Shown: positions 1 to 8,758 of the stretch, one piece after another
Layout of the letters: each line of letters opens with the position of its first letter
Numbering within the stretch: the stretch's first letter is position 1
DNA from: Waterburya sp.
GTDB taxonomy: Bacteria; Cyanobacteriota; Cyanobacteriia; Cyanobacteriales; Xenococcaceae
Length of the DNA stretch: 64,000 nt
Assembly: GCA_965217895.1 (NCBI GenBank)
Contig: CBDCJV010000002.1
Coordinates: forward strand, 3,520,001 to 3,584,000
Direction of reading: 5' to 3'
Notes under the pieces: model-generated
Databases searched by the model: none
Seen by the model: only the letters and a program-made list of their open reading frames with translations
What the model was told of the DNA's origin: nothing
Translations under genes and position numbers: made by a program

Positions 1-268
1 TAATAAGTCGTTTTTTATCTATAGAGCGAATTTGATTGAGCAATACTACAGAATTATTACTAAGTCCGCCTTCGGGAGGTTCAATGAAAACTTCAGTAGG
101 ATAGAGATTGTCATCATACTGAGAAGTAATAGCTGCAACAATTGTAATAGGGCTAAATTCATTGCCGATGTCGTTTTGGAGAATTAAAGCAGGACAAGTT
201 TTTTTTATTTCTGAACCAATAGTAGGATCGAAATTAACTAAATACACTTCACCACGTTTCGGTAACAT
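1..268 (-). CDS. PemK/MazF-family toxin (runs off the window edge)
   Basis: Manual translation from ATG 268: MLPKRGEVYLVNFDPTIGSEIKKTCPALILQNDIGNEFSPITIVAAIT...LNQIRSIDKKRL. Start overlaps the antitoxin stop (TAATG). Confidence 0.9.
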   Translation of the reverse strand, partial: MLPKRGEVYLVNFDPTIGSEIKKTCPALILQNDIGNEFSPITIVAAITSQYDDNLYPTEVFIEPPEGGLSNNSVVLLNQIRSIDKKRLI

Positions 269-513
269 TATTTTTGGTTTTCGAGCCATACCTCTTCTTC
301 GAGATCGAACCAAGTTTCAGCCAGATTTAAGTCTCTTTGCGATCTTTCAATAGCTCCCTGTCTTAACTGTTCTCTTAGTTTTTTCTTTTCAACTTCAGTA
401 ATATAATATTTGACTGCATCGTTGATAAAACGACTGCGATCGCCTTTGGGAACTATGTGATTAAGTAATTCAATAGTTTCGTTTGGCAAAGTGATATTAA
501 TGCGACGATTCAT
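268..513 (-). CDS. Ribbon-helix-helix antitoxin
   Basis: RRINITLP...RSRFINDAV RHH pattern; coupled to the downstream MazF. Confidence 0.85.
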   Translation of the reverse strand: MNRRINITLPNETIELLNHIVPKGDRSRFINDAVKYYITEVEKKKLREQLRQGAIERSQRDLNLAETWFDLEEEVWLENQK

Positions 514-543
514 TTTCCATCTTGTTTCAATAAGTATTTTTAA

Positions 544-562
544 TACACATTATTAGTGTGTA
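544..562. promoter_or_regulatory. Inverted repeat, putative TA autoregulatory operator
   Basis: TACACA-N7-TGTGTA just upstream of the antitoxin start. Confidence 0.5.
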
Positions 563-611
563 GATTTAATATAGCAAAAATATTACAGCTTAGAATGACT
601 TCAATGTGATG

Positions 612-719
612 GTGCGATGTGTTGATAATTAACAACATTGGCGTTGTGCCGATCATTAATCGTAGGGGCGATCGCGCGTTGCGAAGCTATGCCGTAGGCT
701 TATCGCCCTGACAGGGTTT
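612..719 (+). repeat. Direct-repeat copy A flanking RAYT; its REP is interrupted by a small insert
   Basis: 612-671 matches 1314-1373 at 57/60 nt; both copies end in ACAGGGTTT. Insert GCGAAGCTATGCCGTAGGCTTATCGC at 681-706. Confidence 0.85.
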
Positions 720-722
720 TAC

Positions 723-1277
723 TTACCATTTTGATGGGTTATTTGGATGCAATTGATCTATTGACCAGGATTGGGGATTATTGATGATGTATTGGCGTAT
801 TTTATTCATTGCGTCCTGGTTACGGATAATGTGTTCGTAATAATTGCGTTGCCATAACGTTGTTCCTGGCGCGTCACGTAATATATTGATTTTTTTGGTG
901 GTGATTGATTTGAAACCTGCCATTAATGATGATAATGATTTTGGTTTCATTTGTGATGGCGAAATATCCCGTAGGGGCGAACGGCCGTTCGCCCCTACAT
1001 GGTTGTCGTTGGTAATCATTACAATTCCGTGAAAATGGTTGGGCATCATCACCCATCGATCCAATTCAATTTCCCGTCGAATTACGGATGATTTTTGCCA
1101 TTCATCGGCGACAATTGCACCATATTGATTCAAAACCATTTGCCCATCAACCACATCACCAAACAAACATTGTCGTCGATACGCGCAAATGGTCACAAAA
1201 TACGCCCCTGATTGGCTGTAATCATATCCTGGTAATCGGATCGATCGCCTGTGGTGTTTGTCGGGATCATATTTCAT
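723..1277 (-). mobile_element. REP-associated tyrosine transposase (RAYT, Y1 HUH family)
   Basis: RRSIRLPGYDYSQSGAYFVTIC, HUH motif MPNHFHGI, LWQRNYYEHIIR, catalytic-Tyr region YIINNP; flanked by GTAG REPs. Confidence 0.93.
971..998. repeat. REP, 28-bp perfect palindrome, inside the RAYT ORF
   Basis: GTAGGGGCGAACGGCCGTTCGCCCCTAC, read as VGANGRSPL in the protein. Confidence 0.95.
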
Positions 1278-1313
1278 GGATTTTAATTATGGTTGGGTTG
1301 ATTAATTGCGATC

Positions 1314-1398
1314 GTGCGATGTGTTGATAATTAACAACATTGGCATTGTGTCGATCATTTATCGTAGGGGCGAACGGCCGTTCGCCCCTACAGGGTTT
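1314..1398 (+). repeat. Direct-repeat copy B with intact REP (1364-1391)
   Basis: Matches copy A and contains the perfect 28-bp palindrome. Confidence 0.9.
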
Positions 1399-1489
1399 GA
1401 CGGTATTCGTACAAGATTGATCGCCATTCATCGTAATGATGGGAACACGATTGGTAATGGCGATCGCTTAATTATTTAATTATTTCAAT

Positions 1490-2278
1490 TTAAGATTTGC
1501 TTGTCTTGGGCGGGATAGCTTCAACTCTGCCATCAGGATAAACCTTTAATTCACCACCAAGTTTTTCAATATTTTCCTGTGCTGCTTCACGGGTCATTTT
1601 TTCTTTGCTGTTTACCCAAACTTGAAACCAAATGCCTACTTGAGCTTGGGTTGTATCAGGATTTGTAGCTAAAAATTTGACTGTCTTACTGGCTGATTGA
1701 GCTATTTTCTTATCTTTTGCAATGGTTGCCCATTCTGCGGCTTTTTCGTAGGATTTTCTAGCATTTTTTAAGTCTCCAAAAAACAAAATTTCGTCTGTTC
1801 CTTTATATAGCCAAACAAAATAGGCATAGGGCATATCAGGGGTAAGATGTTTAAGTCCTCGATCCATTAGTTCTAAGGTGCGTTTTGGAGTGCCACCAAA
1901 TACAGAAGATGCAGGAGAAATAATCATATAAGCAGTGCTAAATCGTGGGTCTTTATTGGTAATAACTTCTAGATAATCTGCACTCAAGGAATAACCCGTT
2001 TCTTTTCTAGCTTCTCCATCACCAAAATATTGCATAAACTCTAGCATTGACCAATCTGCAATCAGATTATCAAAGCCAAAGGCTGGCATTTTTTTGAGAA
2101 AAGATAATTGTATATTTTTACTTTTATCTTGTTTTAAATAAATATCTTTTGTTAAAGTTTTTTCTGATATTCTTTCAATTTGAGCAGACTGCAATTTAAT
2201 AGTTAAAAATAAACAGGATGATCCTAAACATAATGCTAAAAATTGCTTGATAAACCGAGATGATAACTTTCTGGTCAT
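1490..2278 (-). CDS. Pilin-operon-associated protein with TPR-like helices (Sll1696-like)
   Basis: N-terminal TM; PAFGFDNLIADW..F.QYFGD motif; directly downstream of two pilins, as in the Synechocystis pilA1-pilA2 operon. Confidence 0.65.
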   Translation of the reverse strand: MTRKLSSRFIKQFLALCLGSSCLFLTIKLQSAQIERISEKTLTKDIYLKQDKSKNIQLSFLKKMPAFGFDNLIADWSMLEFMQYFGDGEARKETGYSLSADYLEVITNKDPRFSTAYMIISPASSVFGGTPKRTLELMDRGLKHLTPDMPYAYFVWLYKGTDEILFFGDLKNARKSYEKAAEWATIAKDKKIAQSASKTVKFLATNPDTTQAQVGIWFQVWVNSKEKMTREAAQENIEKLGGELKVYPDGRVEAIPPKTSKS

Positions 2279-2318
2279 AGTCTTTAATAATAAGCAAAAT
2301 TATGAATAAATAATTTAA

Positions 2319-2834
2319 TCAAAAAACAGGAGTGGTTCCAGCAGTGCAAGCAGGAACACCCGCAGTAACGGTTGCAGGAATCGGCGCGATTGCACCATCA
2401 GCCGTGTTTTGCTCGCAGATAAATGCTTTGAAAACACCTGAAGAAGTTTGACCAACAGCAGAAGAATAATCCTTGAGGTCATTTTGAAAGGTATCTACTA
2501 CGGTTGCTATCTGAACCGCTCTTTCGGAATTAGGAGTTCCGCTATCAGCATAAGTATAATAATTACCTGCAATGCTCAACTGTAGATTAGGAATAGTAGT
2601 AAATGAGCCTGTTTGAAAACGATGAGCTTGCTGCGCTCTATTAATATTACCAAGAAAAACTTTTGCTTCTGTTTGTCTACCTTTTTCTATTTGCTTAAAA
2701 AGACTTGGCATAGCAACTGCTGATAAAATACCCAGAATTATTACTACTACTAATAATTCAATTAAGGTAAAGCCTTGGTTATTTATCTTCTTGGTTTTTC
2801 TAGACAAAATTAAGTCTAATTTATATTTAATCAT
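2319..2834 (-). CDS. pilA: Type IV pilin (PilA2-like)
   Basis: Class III signal QG|FTLIELLVVVIILGILSAVAMP; C-terminal Cys pair. Confidence 0.9.
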   Translation of the reverse strand: MIKYKLDLILSRKTKKINNQGFTLIELLVVVIILGILSAVAMPSLFKQIEKGRQTEAKVFLGNINRAQQAHRFQTGSFTTIPNLQLSIAGNYYTYADSGTPNSERAVQIATVVDTFQNDLKDYSSAVGQTSSGVFKAFICEQNTADGAIAPIPATVTAGVPACTAGTTPVF

Positions 2835-2847
2835 AATAAAAAATATC

Positions 2848-2885
2848 AAAAAAAAAGAGCATTTTAGCTAAACTTAAAATGCTCT
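2848..2885 (-). terminator. Intrinsic terminator between the pilin genes
   Basis: AGAGCATTTTA...TAAAATGCTCT hairpin followed by a T-run on the minus strand. Confidence 0.8.
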
Positions 2886-2916
2886 AGATATATACTTTGA
2901 ACAGTAACAGTTAAAC

Positions 2917-3468
2917 TTACTGTTTTATAGCAGTAGATCCTGTACCACAAGTGATAGTACCAAGAGTAGCGCCTTCAACGGCATCAACGGCAGTAGTAGC
3001 TCCGTCAACTACACTGTTTTCGCAGATTAGGGCAGTGAAAGCACCAGCAACAGTTTGACCCACTGCTCCAGTGTAATCCTTAACATCAGCTTGGTAAGCG
3101 GTTCTTGCGGTAGCGTCTACAGCAGCAAATGTACCAGATGGAGTACCTTGGTTAGTAAATGCATAATTATTACCAGTACCAGGAGTAGTACCAGCATCAA
3201 GAACTATACCAATTGGTAAAGCTTCAATAGCAGAGAACGTACCATTTTGTAGTCTTTCAGCCTGTTGTGAACGATTGATAGAACCGACAGTTGTTTTTGC
3301 TTCTGACTGTCTTGCTTTACCAACTTGACCAAGTAAGTTAGGTAGAGCAATGGCAGCCAATACACCGATAATGATTACAACAACTAATAGTTCGATTAAT
3401 GTAAAACCTTTGTTGCCTTTTTTGTTATTTAGGTTTTGTAGTAATTTAGCAGTAAATACGTTATTCAT
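2917..3468 (-). CDS. pilA: Major type IV pilin (PilA1-like)
   Basis: KG|FTLIELLVVVIIIGVLAAIALPNLLGQVGKARQSEAK; followed by a terminator. Confidence 0.93.
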   Translation of the reverse strand: MNNVFTAKLLQNLNNKKGNKGFTLIELLVVVIIIGVLAAIALPNLLGQVGKARQSEAKTTVGSINRSQQAERLQNGTFSAIEALPIGIVLDAGTTPGTGNNYAFTNQGTPSGTFAAVDATARTAYQADVKDYTGAVGQTVAGAFTALICENSVVDGATTAVDAVEGATLGTITCGTGSTAIKQ

Positions 3469-3540
3469 GGTTATATCCTTCAATTAATAAGAGTTTGTGT
3501 TTTGGGTGTTTGTTTTAGGTTTTTCTTTCCTATTTAGAAA

Positions 3541-3546
3541 TTACCC
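3541..3546 (-). promoter_or_regulatory. Putative SigF promoter element
   Basis: GGGTAA ~75 nt upstream of the pilin ATG. This motif is known for SigF-dependent pilA1 promoters. Confidence 0.55.
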
Positions 3547-3695
3547 AAGCGATCATCAAAACATATCATCATGAAAAAGTTTTTTTTGGGAATATTTGCT
3601 AGTAATAACTAATAGTATTAACAGCGATCCAAATCACATTTTTGGTGTTGATTTGAAGAAGATTAAATTAATGGTTTTGTTTGCCCCGTTGTTTT

Positions 3696-3998
3696 TTATT
3701 TTCGGGTAATACCGATATTCCCCGTAGGGGCGAACGGCCGTTCGCCCCTACATCAATGTGCGGTGGTGCGATGTTGACATATGTAGAGAATTGGGGAAAG
3801 GCGATCGCCTGAACGTATGCAGGGTTGGTTAAAGGCGATCGCATTTGTAATGTAGAATATTTTGGGATATGCGATCGCATTTGTGGATCATTTCAATTTT
3901 CGGGTAATACCGATAAACCTCGTAGGGGCGAATGGCCATTCGCCCCTACATATGGTGCGATCGCCTGAACGTATGAAGGGTTGGGGAAAGGCGATCGC
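3696..3998 (+). repeat. REP/HIP1 mosaic block 1
   Basis: REPs at 3724-3751 and 3922-3949; HIP1 at 3801, 3835, 3871, 3957, 3991; sub-units shared with block 2. Confidence 0.9.
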
Positions 3999-4036
3999 TC
4001 TTTTATTTTAACTGTGTTAAATTTAAAATAGAATAA

Positions 4037-4054
4037 TGTAGTCTACAAGCTACA
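4037..4054. promoter_or_regulatory. Inverted repeat upstream of addiction module
   Basis: TGTAG-N8-CTACA immediately before the toxin ATG. Confidence 0.45.
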
Positions 4055-4059
4055 AATAA

Positions 4060-4404
4060 ATGGAAGCTCAAGAAAAAACTATACTTACCTATGTAAAAGA
4101 CAACGGTTTTGTACCCTTCAACGATTGGCTTGAATCTTTGCGAGATAGAAAATCAAGAGCAATAATCAGAACTAGAATCAACCGCCTTCGGCTGGGTAAT
4201 TTGGGAGACTGTAAGAGTGTCGATGGAGGAGTAAGCGAACTAAGAATTAATTTTGGTTCTGGCTATCGAATTTATTTTGTTCAGCAAGGAAACACAGTAA
4301 TAATTTTGCTATCAGGTGGAGATAAAAGCAGTCAGGACAAAGATATTAAACAGGCAAAACTATATTGGCAAGATTATAAGAGGCGTGGTGATGAACAGAA
4401 GTAG
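4060..4404 (+). CDS. RelE/HigB-type addiction module killer toxin
   Basis: PFNDWLESLRD...RLRLGNLGDCKSVDGGVSELRINFGSGYRIYF...GGDKSSQDKDI. Confidence 0.9.
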   Translation: MEAQEKTILTYVKDNGFVPFNDWLESLRDRKSRAIIRTRINRLRLGNLGDCKSVDGGVSELRINFGSGYRIYFVQQGNTVIILLSGGDKSSQDKDIKQAKLYWQDYKRRGDEQK

Positions 4405-4690
4405 AAGCTATCGAGAAGATTTGCTAAAATCTTTGAGCGATCCTGAAGAAGCCAGGGAATATCTTAATGCTGCTTTGGAAGATGAAAATCCCGAAGTATT
4501 TTTATTGGCACTAAAAGATATAGTTGATGCTAACAGCAGCATGAGTAAATTAGCACAGGCAACTAATCGCAATCGAGAAAGTTTGTATAAAACTCTCTCG
4601 GAAAAAGGCAATCCGCAGTTAAATAGTATTCGCAGTATTTTAAACAATTTGGGGTTTAAATTAGCGGTAGAAGTTAATTCTTCTCCCTAA
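4391..4690 (+). CDS. Addiction module antidote protein (HTH)
   Basis: EYLNAALED...MSKLA...RESLYKTLSEKGNP; overlaps the toxin stop. Confidence 0.88.
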   Translation: MNRSRSYREDLLKSLSDPEEAREYLNAALEDENPEVFLLALKDIVDANSSMSKLAQATNRNRESLYKTLSEKGNPQLNSIRSILNNLGFKLAVEVNSSP

Positions 4691-4737
4691 AATTGTTTAC
4701 ATCAAGGATTTATTTATATAGGGCGATCTCTGTCAAA

Positions 4738-5067
4738 TCATAATCCCAACCAGCTTCGTAAGGAACTTTCTAGTTTTTGAGCATCGGCTTTTGAAAGTTT
4801 ACCAATGACTTTTATCACTAGCTTTTTTTCGACTGTATATAAACCTCTTTTTGCTGCGGTAGGAACATTTAATCCTTCTTTTAACCAATCGAGAAGAACA
4901 AACTCGCCTGACAATAACCGAGTAGTTTTACTAGTTAAGGGTACGATAATAACATCTTGAGAAGTAGATGCTGTACTAACAATAACAGCAGGTCTTACCT
5001 TAGAATTAGATAAATCAGAAAAAGGATAACGGACTAGAATAATATCATTCTTCAAGTAATTTGGCAT
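4738..5067 (-). CDS. PemK/MazF-family toxin
   Basis: DIILVRYPFSDLSNSKVRPAVIVS...IIVPLTS. Confidence 0.88.
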   Translation of the reverse strand: MPNYLKNDIILVRYPFSDLSNSKVRPAVIVSTASTSQDVIIVPLTSKTTRLLSGEFVLLDWLKEGLNVPTAAKRGLYTVEKKLVIKVIGKLSKADAQKLESSLRSWLGL

Positions 5068-5248
5068 AAACATCATCCTCTGTGTTGTCCCAAACTTTGT
5101 CTAATGATGCTTTGCTAGATTGATTCCAAAACTCAATTTCTTCATCTGGTAGTACTGTAATTAGAACTCTCGTACCTTCTGAAAGTTCAAGCTGTTCTGG
5201 TATTTCAATTTTTCCTTGATGGACAGTAGCTAACACTGTTTTTAACAT
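5045..5248 (-). CDS. Putative antitoxin
   Basis: Small protein overlapping the toxin start; acidic C-terminus WDNTEDDVY. Confidence 0.75.
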   Translation of the reverse strand: MLKTVLATVHQGKIEIPEQLELSEGTRVLITVLPDEEIEFWNQSSKASLDKVWDNTEDDVYAKLLEE

Positions 5249-5310
5249 AGGAATTTTATGGTGTGTAGATATATTTTAATTTAGCTTGTTGCAGTATAAA
5301 TTTGAGAAAT

Positions 5311-5540
5311 GCGATCGCATTTGTATGTAGAAGATTTTGGGATATGCGATCGTGATTGCGTATAAAGGGTTTAAAAAAGGCGATCGCCCTTTCTGGTAGA
5401 AAATTAATTAAAGGCGATCGCCTTGGGGATTATTTCAATTTCCTGGTAATACCGATAAACCTCGTAGGGGCGAACGGCCGTTCGCCCTTACATATGGTGC
5501 GATCGCCTGAACGTATAAAGGGTTGGGATAAGGCGATCGC
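5311..5540 (+). repeat. REP/HIP1 mosaic block 2
   Basis: HIP1 at 5311, 5346 (GCGATCGT), 5380, 5414, 5499, 5533; REP at 5464-5491; 5430-5540 is near-identical to 3888-3998. Confidence 0.9.
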
Positions 5541-5549
5541 ACAAATTAC

Positions 5550-5927
5550 CTACCAATTAATGACTGTTAGATCGTTAACCTTGTCTAATTGAACATCGCG
5601 AGTAACTAGCTTCGCTGATTTTTCTCTTGCCGTTGCAGCGATAACTGCATCTGGTAATTTTAAGCGGTATTGTTGACGAATAAAAATAATTTGCCCAATT
5701 AGCCATTCATCTTGACTAGATAAACTAATAACTTCTACTCGTTGTAAAAACTGTTGAAAAAGCAATATATCCGCTTCAGTTAAGCCTGAGAAAGCAAGAA
5801 ACTCGATTTGACTAATTACAGAAATTCCGACCCATTCTGCATCTTTGAGTAATTGAACCAGGCTGGAGTCTTTTTGCAGCAGCGCAATGATAGCATTGGT
5901 ATCTAACAAATAGCGATTACCATTCAT
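5550..5927 (-). CDS. vapC: VapC/PIN-domain toxin
   Basis: YLLDTNAII, SVISQIEFL, LKLPDAVIAATA, LVTRD. Confidence 0.9.
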   Translation of the reverse strand: MNGNRYLLDTNAIIALLQKDSSLVQLLKDAEWVGISVISQIEFLAFSGLTEADILLFQQFLQRVEVISLSSQDEWLIGQIIFIRQQYRLKLPDAVIAATAREKSAKLVTRDVQLDKVNDLTVINW

Positions 5928-6141
5928 CTCTTAATTTTCTTTGTGTTGCCACAGCATCACCTTGCCAGTTGAGTTCTCCTCCCAAATCTGAAAAATCATA
6001 GGTAGCTTGTTTTTGATCCTTCTCTACAACACGATTAACGACTACTACTAAATCCACTTTGCCAGCTTTTAGATTAGTTGGCAGATTAATATTCAACTGT
6101 CCTGTGTCATCAATCTCAGTTGTGAGTTTTAGAACTTCCAT
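5917..6141 (-). CDS. Putative antitoxin of the PIN toxin
   Basis: Overlaps the toxin start; C-terminal DAVATQRKLRDEW motif. Confidence 0.75.
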   Translation of the reverse strand: MEVLKLTTEIDDTGQLNINLPTNLKAGKVDLVVVVNRVVEKDQKQATYDFSDLGGELNWQGDAVATQRKLRDEW

Positions 6142-6349
6142 TGTTTTCTATATTTTAGTAAAAGCTTTACTCTATGGTAGCAATTTGACAATTCAAGAAG
6201 GCGATCGCACTTTGAAAGTCAAAAGTTTTAAAGGCTTAAGCTGCATGGAGTAAAAAAGAATTATGGTTTAAGGCTTTGGGATAACAACTTTATTAAAAAT
6301 CTCGCTAGGATGAAAGCAGATCATCAGGCTCTAAGGCAGAGGAAAAGCA

Positions 6350-8239
6350 ATGAAATCCATTAAACCTTGGCAGGTAGGAATTTTAATCTTGCCGATTGCA
6401 ACTATCGTCATTTTTCTATTAGTTGCAGCAGGTTCACAAATTCATAATTGGGGTATTAATTGGATTTGGGGTGTCGTCGTCTTAGTATTTGCTTTATGGC
6501 GATGGTTACTGGTGAAGTGGACAAAGCCTCCTTTAGCTGAGATTCAAGAGGCGATAGACGAAATTAATCAGGAATTGTCACAAGAGCCAGAGATAGAAGC
6601 AGTAGGAAGTAAGGAAAAGCAATTACAAGCCTCTTTAGAACAAATTATTGCTAAAACCAGAGCCGATGAACCAGTTTGGGAAGATTGGCAGACTTTTTGG
6701 CAACGGTGTCAAGAGTTGTTAGTTGCGATCGCTCATATATATAATCCCAGTGTTAAACGTCCTTTGCTTAATATTTACATTCCCCAGGCTTACGGCTTGA
6801 TTCGTGGGACGGTAGATGACACGGATCGCATGATGCAAAAGCTTTCCCCTGTTTTAAACCGAGTATCTATCGGACAGGCTTATGAAGCTTATGAAGTTTA
6901 TCGTCGGCTAGAGCCATCGGTACGTAAACTAGGTCAGGTATTTGATTGGTCACAATGGTTAATTAATCCCGCAGTAGCAGTTGCCAAAGGAGCTACCAAG
7001 AAATTTAGCAACCAGGCAAATCAAGAACTATTGCTTAATCTGGGTCAATTAATGCGGGAAACGGCATTAAAAAATTTGGCACAACAGGCGATCGCTCTTT
7101 ATGGTGATGAAACCATTACTATTCCTGAAGTCGCCTCGAATTATGCCCTGCCGAAAACCGAAACTCAAACTCTTAAGCAAATTCTAGAGTCTGCCGAATC
7201 ACCTCAAAAAGTAGCCCAAAAGCCCGTCAATATTATTTTAGTAGGGCGTACAGGTGCAGGCAAAAGCAGCCTGATTAATACTCTGTTTCAAGCCGACAAA
7301 GCTGAAGTAGATGTTTTGCCCAGTACCGATAAAATTAAAAACTATCGTTGGCAAACTCCTAGGGGAGAAGTTCTGAATTTACTAGATACTCCTGGTTATG
7401 AACAGGTAAATCGTTCTGAATTGCGAGAAAAAGTTTTAGACTATGCAGCTACAGCAGACTTGCTATTATTGGTTACTCCCGCTCTCGATCCTGCTCTACA
7501 AATGGATCTTGATTTCTTAGAAACCTTAAAAAAGGATCTGCCTGATTTAAGTGCTGTAGGAATTGTTACCCAAGTCGATCGCCTGCGCCCAATTCGTGAG
7601 TGGAATCCTCCTTATAACTGGCAAGAAGGGACAAAACCCAAAGAAATATCTATCCGAGAGGCAACTATTTATCGCGCCGAATTATTAGGAAATATCTGCG
7701 ATTTGATTTTACCAATAGTCACAGAAGATCGCACCAGCGATCGCGCTGCTTGGGGTGCAGAAGCCTTGTCTAAGGAGTTAATCCAGGCGATCGCACCAGC
7801 TAAACAGCTTCGTCTAGCAAGATTTTTACGGGATTTGGAAGCTCGCAGCACAGCAGCAGCTAAAATTATCGATCGTTATACTCGTCAAATGGCAACTAGC
7901 CAGGGTTTAACTGCTTTTCTTAAAAGCCCCGTACTGCAATTTATTTCCACTATGACTACAGGAAATCCCACCCTCGCCTATGTTTTAGCCGAGCAAATTC
8001 CTGTAGAACAGTTGCCCGTGGTTATTGGTAAACTACAAATGGCTTATGACTTATATATGTTGCTCAAGGATGAACCCAATCTCAGCAACTTTGATTTACG
8101 TTCTTTATGGTCATTGCTTTTAGACGACAATGAAGTAGAAAATCTCAACACCTGGGCTTTTGGTCACGCTTTAGTCGAATATTGGACTAAAAATCTCAAT
8201 TCCCAGCAACTGCGCGAGCGCTATCAATTCTATATTTAG
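6350..8239 (+). CDS. Membrane-anchored GTPase family protein
   Basis: Two N-terminal TMs; G1 GRTGAGKSS, G3 DTPG, G4-like TQVD. The extreme C-terminus abuts a foreign fragment. Confidence 0.85.
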   Translation: MKSIKPWQVGILILPIATIVIFLLVAAGSQIHNWGINWIWGVVVLVFALWRWLLVKWTKPPLAEIQEAIDEINQELSQEPEIEAVGSKEKQLQASLEQIIAKTRADEPVWEDWQTFWQRCQELLVAIAHIYNPSVKRPLLNIYIPQAYGLIRGTVDDTDRMMQKLSPVLNRVSIGQAYEAYEVYRRLEPSVRKLGQVFDWSQWLINPAVAVAKGATKKFSNQANQELLLNLGQLMRETALKNLAQQAIALYGDETITIPEVASNYALPKTETQTLKQILESAESPQKVAQKPVNIILVGRTGAGKSSLINTLFQADKAEVDVLPSTDKIKNYRWQTPRGEVLNLLDTPGYEQVNRSELREKVLDYAATADLLLLVTPALDPALQMDLDFLETLKKDLPDLSAVGIVTQVDRLRPIREWNPPYNWQEGTKPKEISIREATIYRAELLGNICDLILPIVTEDRTSDRAAWGAEALSKELIQAIAPAKQLRLARFLRDLEARSTAAAKIIDRYTRQMATSQGLTAFLKSPVLQFISTMTTGNPTLAYVLAEQIPVEQLPVVIGKLQMAYDLYMLLKDEPNLSNFDLRSLWSLLLDDNEVENLNTWAFGHALVEYWTKNLNSQQLRERYQFYI

Positions 8240-8543
8240 CTTCCAAGCGGTTTTACTCTCGTTAGCACTACCTAAAAAACTGGTTTCACTGCCGTCTGTA
8301 TATGTAATAATTCCTGCCTTACCGTGAATTAGCCCAAATACTTCATCGGGAAGTACCCGCACCTGCATTTTGTCCTGAGCTAGAAACTCGAACAGTCGGG
8401 CAAAGCGAGGATGAGATAGTTCTGGTAATTTTTTGGGTTTACCTGCACACCAAGAACGACGGATGGCGGTACGGGAAGCTTTAGCGGTTTCTACATCTTG
8501 GACGAAAAGATCGGAGTTACAAACTACTCTAATTGTTCCATCA
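8225..8543 (-). pseudogene. Internal fragment of a PLD-nuclease domain (PLD-SNF2 helicase, anti-phage-type)
   Basis: Reads GTIRVVCNSDL.VQDVETAKA...SWCAGKP...FGLIHGKAGII...FLGSANES.TAWKLN (HxK, GSxN); no start and no helicase part. Confidence 0.65.
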
Positions 8544-8758
8544 TCAAAAAAGAACTACTAGCCGCCATTGAAGTTGCTTCTGATGAAGTACTTGCCCAGA
8601 CTCTTTTCCTTAAAAAATCTTTAAACACAGTAGGAAATACATCTTTATCTAGAGAGTACCCAAGTTCACTTGATCGTTTTACAAAATTTTTGCAATCTGA
8701 AGGTTTTTATGAAGATGAGTATATTGATCGCTGCATGGCAGAAATCGAAAATAAATGA
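8541..8758 (+). pseudogene. 5'-truncated antitoxin-like gene
   Basis: IKKELLAAIEVASDEVLAQTL resembles small cyanobacterial antitoxin N-termini; overlaps the PIN start (ATGA); its own start is replaced by the PLD fragment. Confidence 0.5.

Noticed and set aside
3668..3880. ORFs 3668-3880 and 5356-5592 sharing VGANGRSPL
   Set aside because: Translations of REP/HIP1 repeat DNA, not credible genes.
3696..5540. Possible CRISPR array (regular period, palindromes)
   Set aside because: The constant part is only the 8-bp HIP1, the spacers repeat each other, and there are no cas genes.
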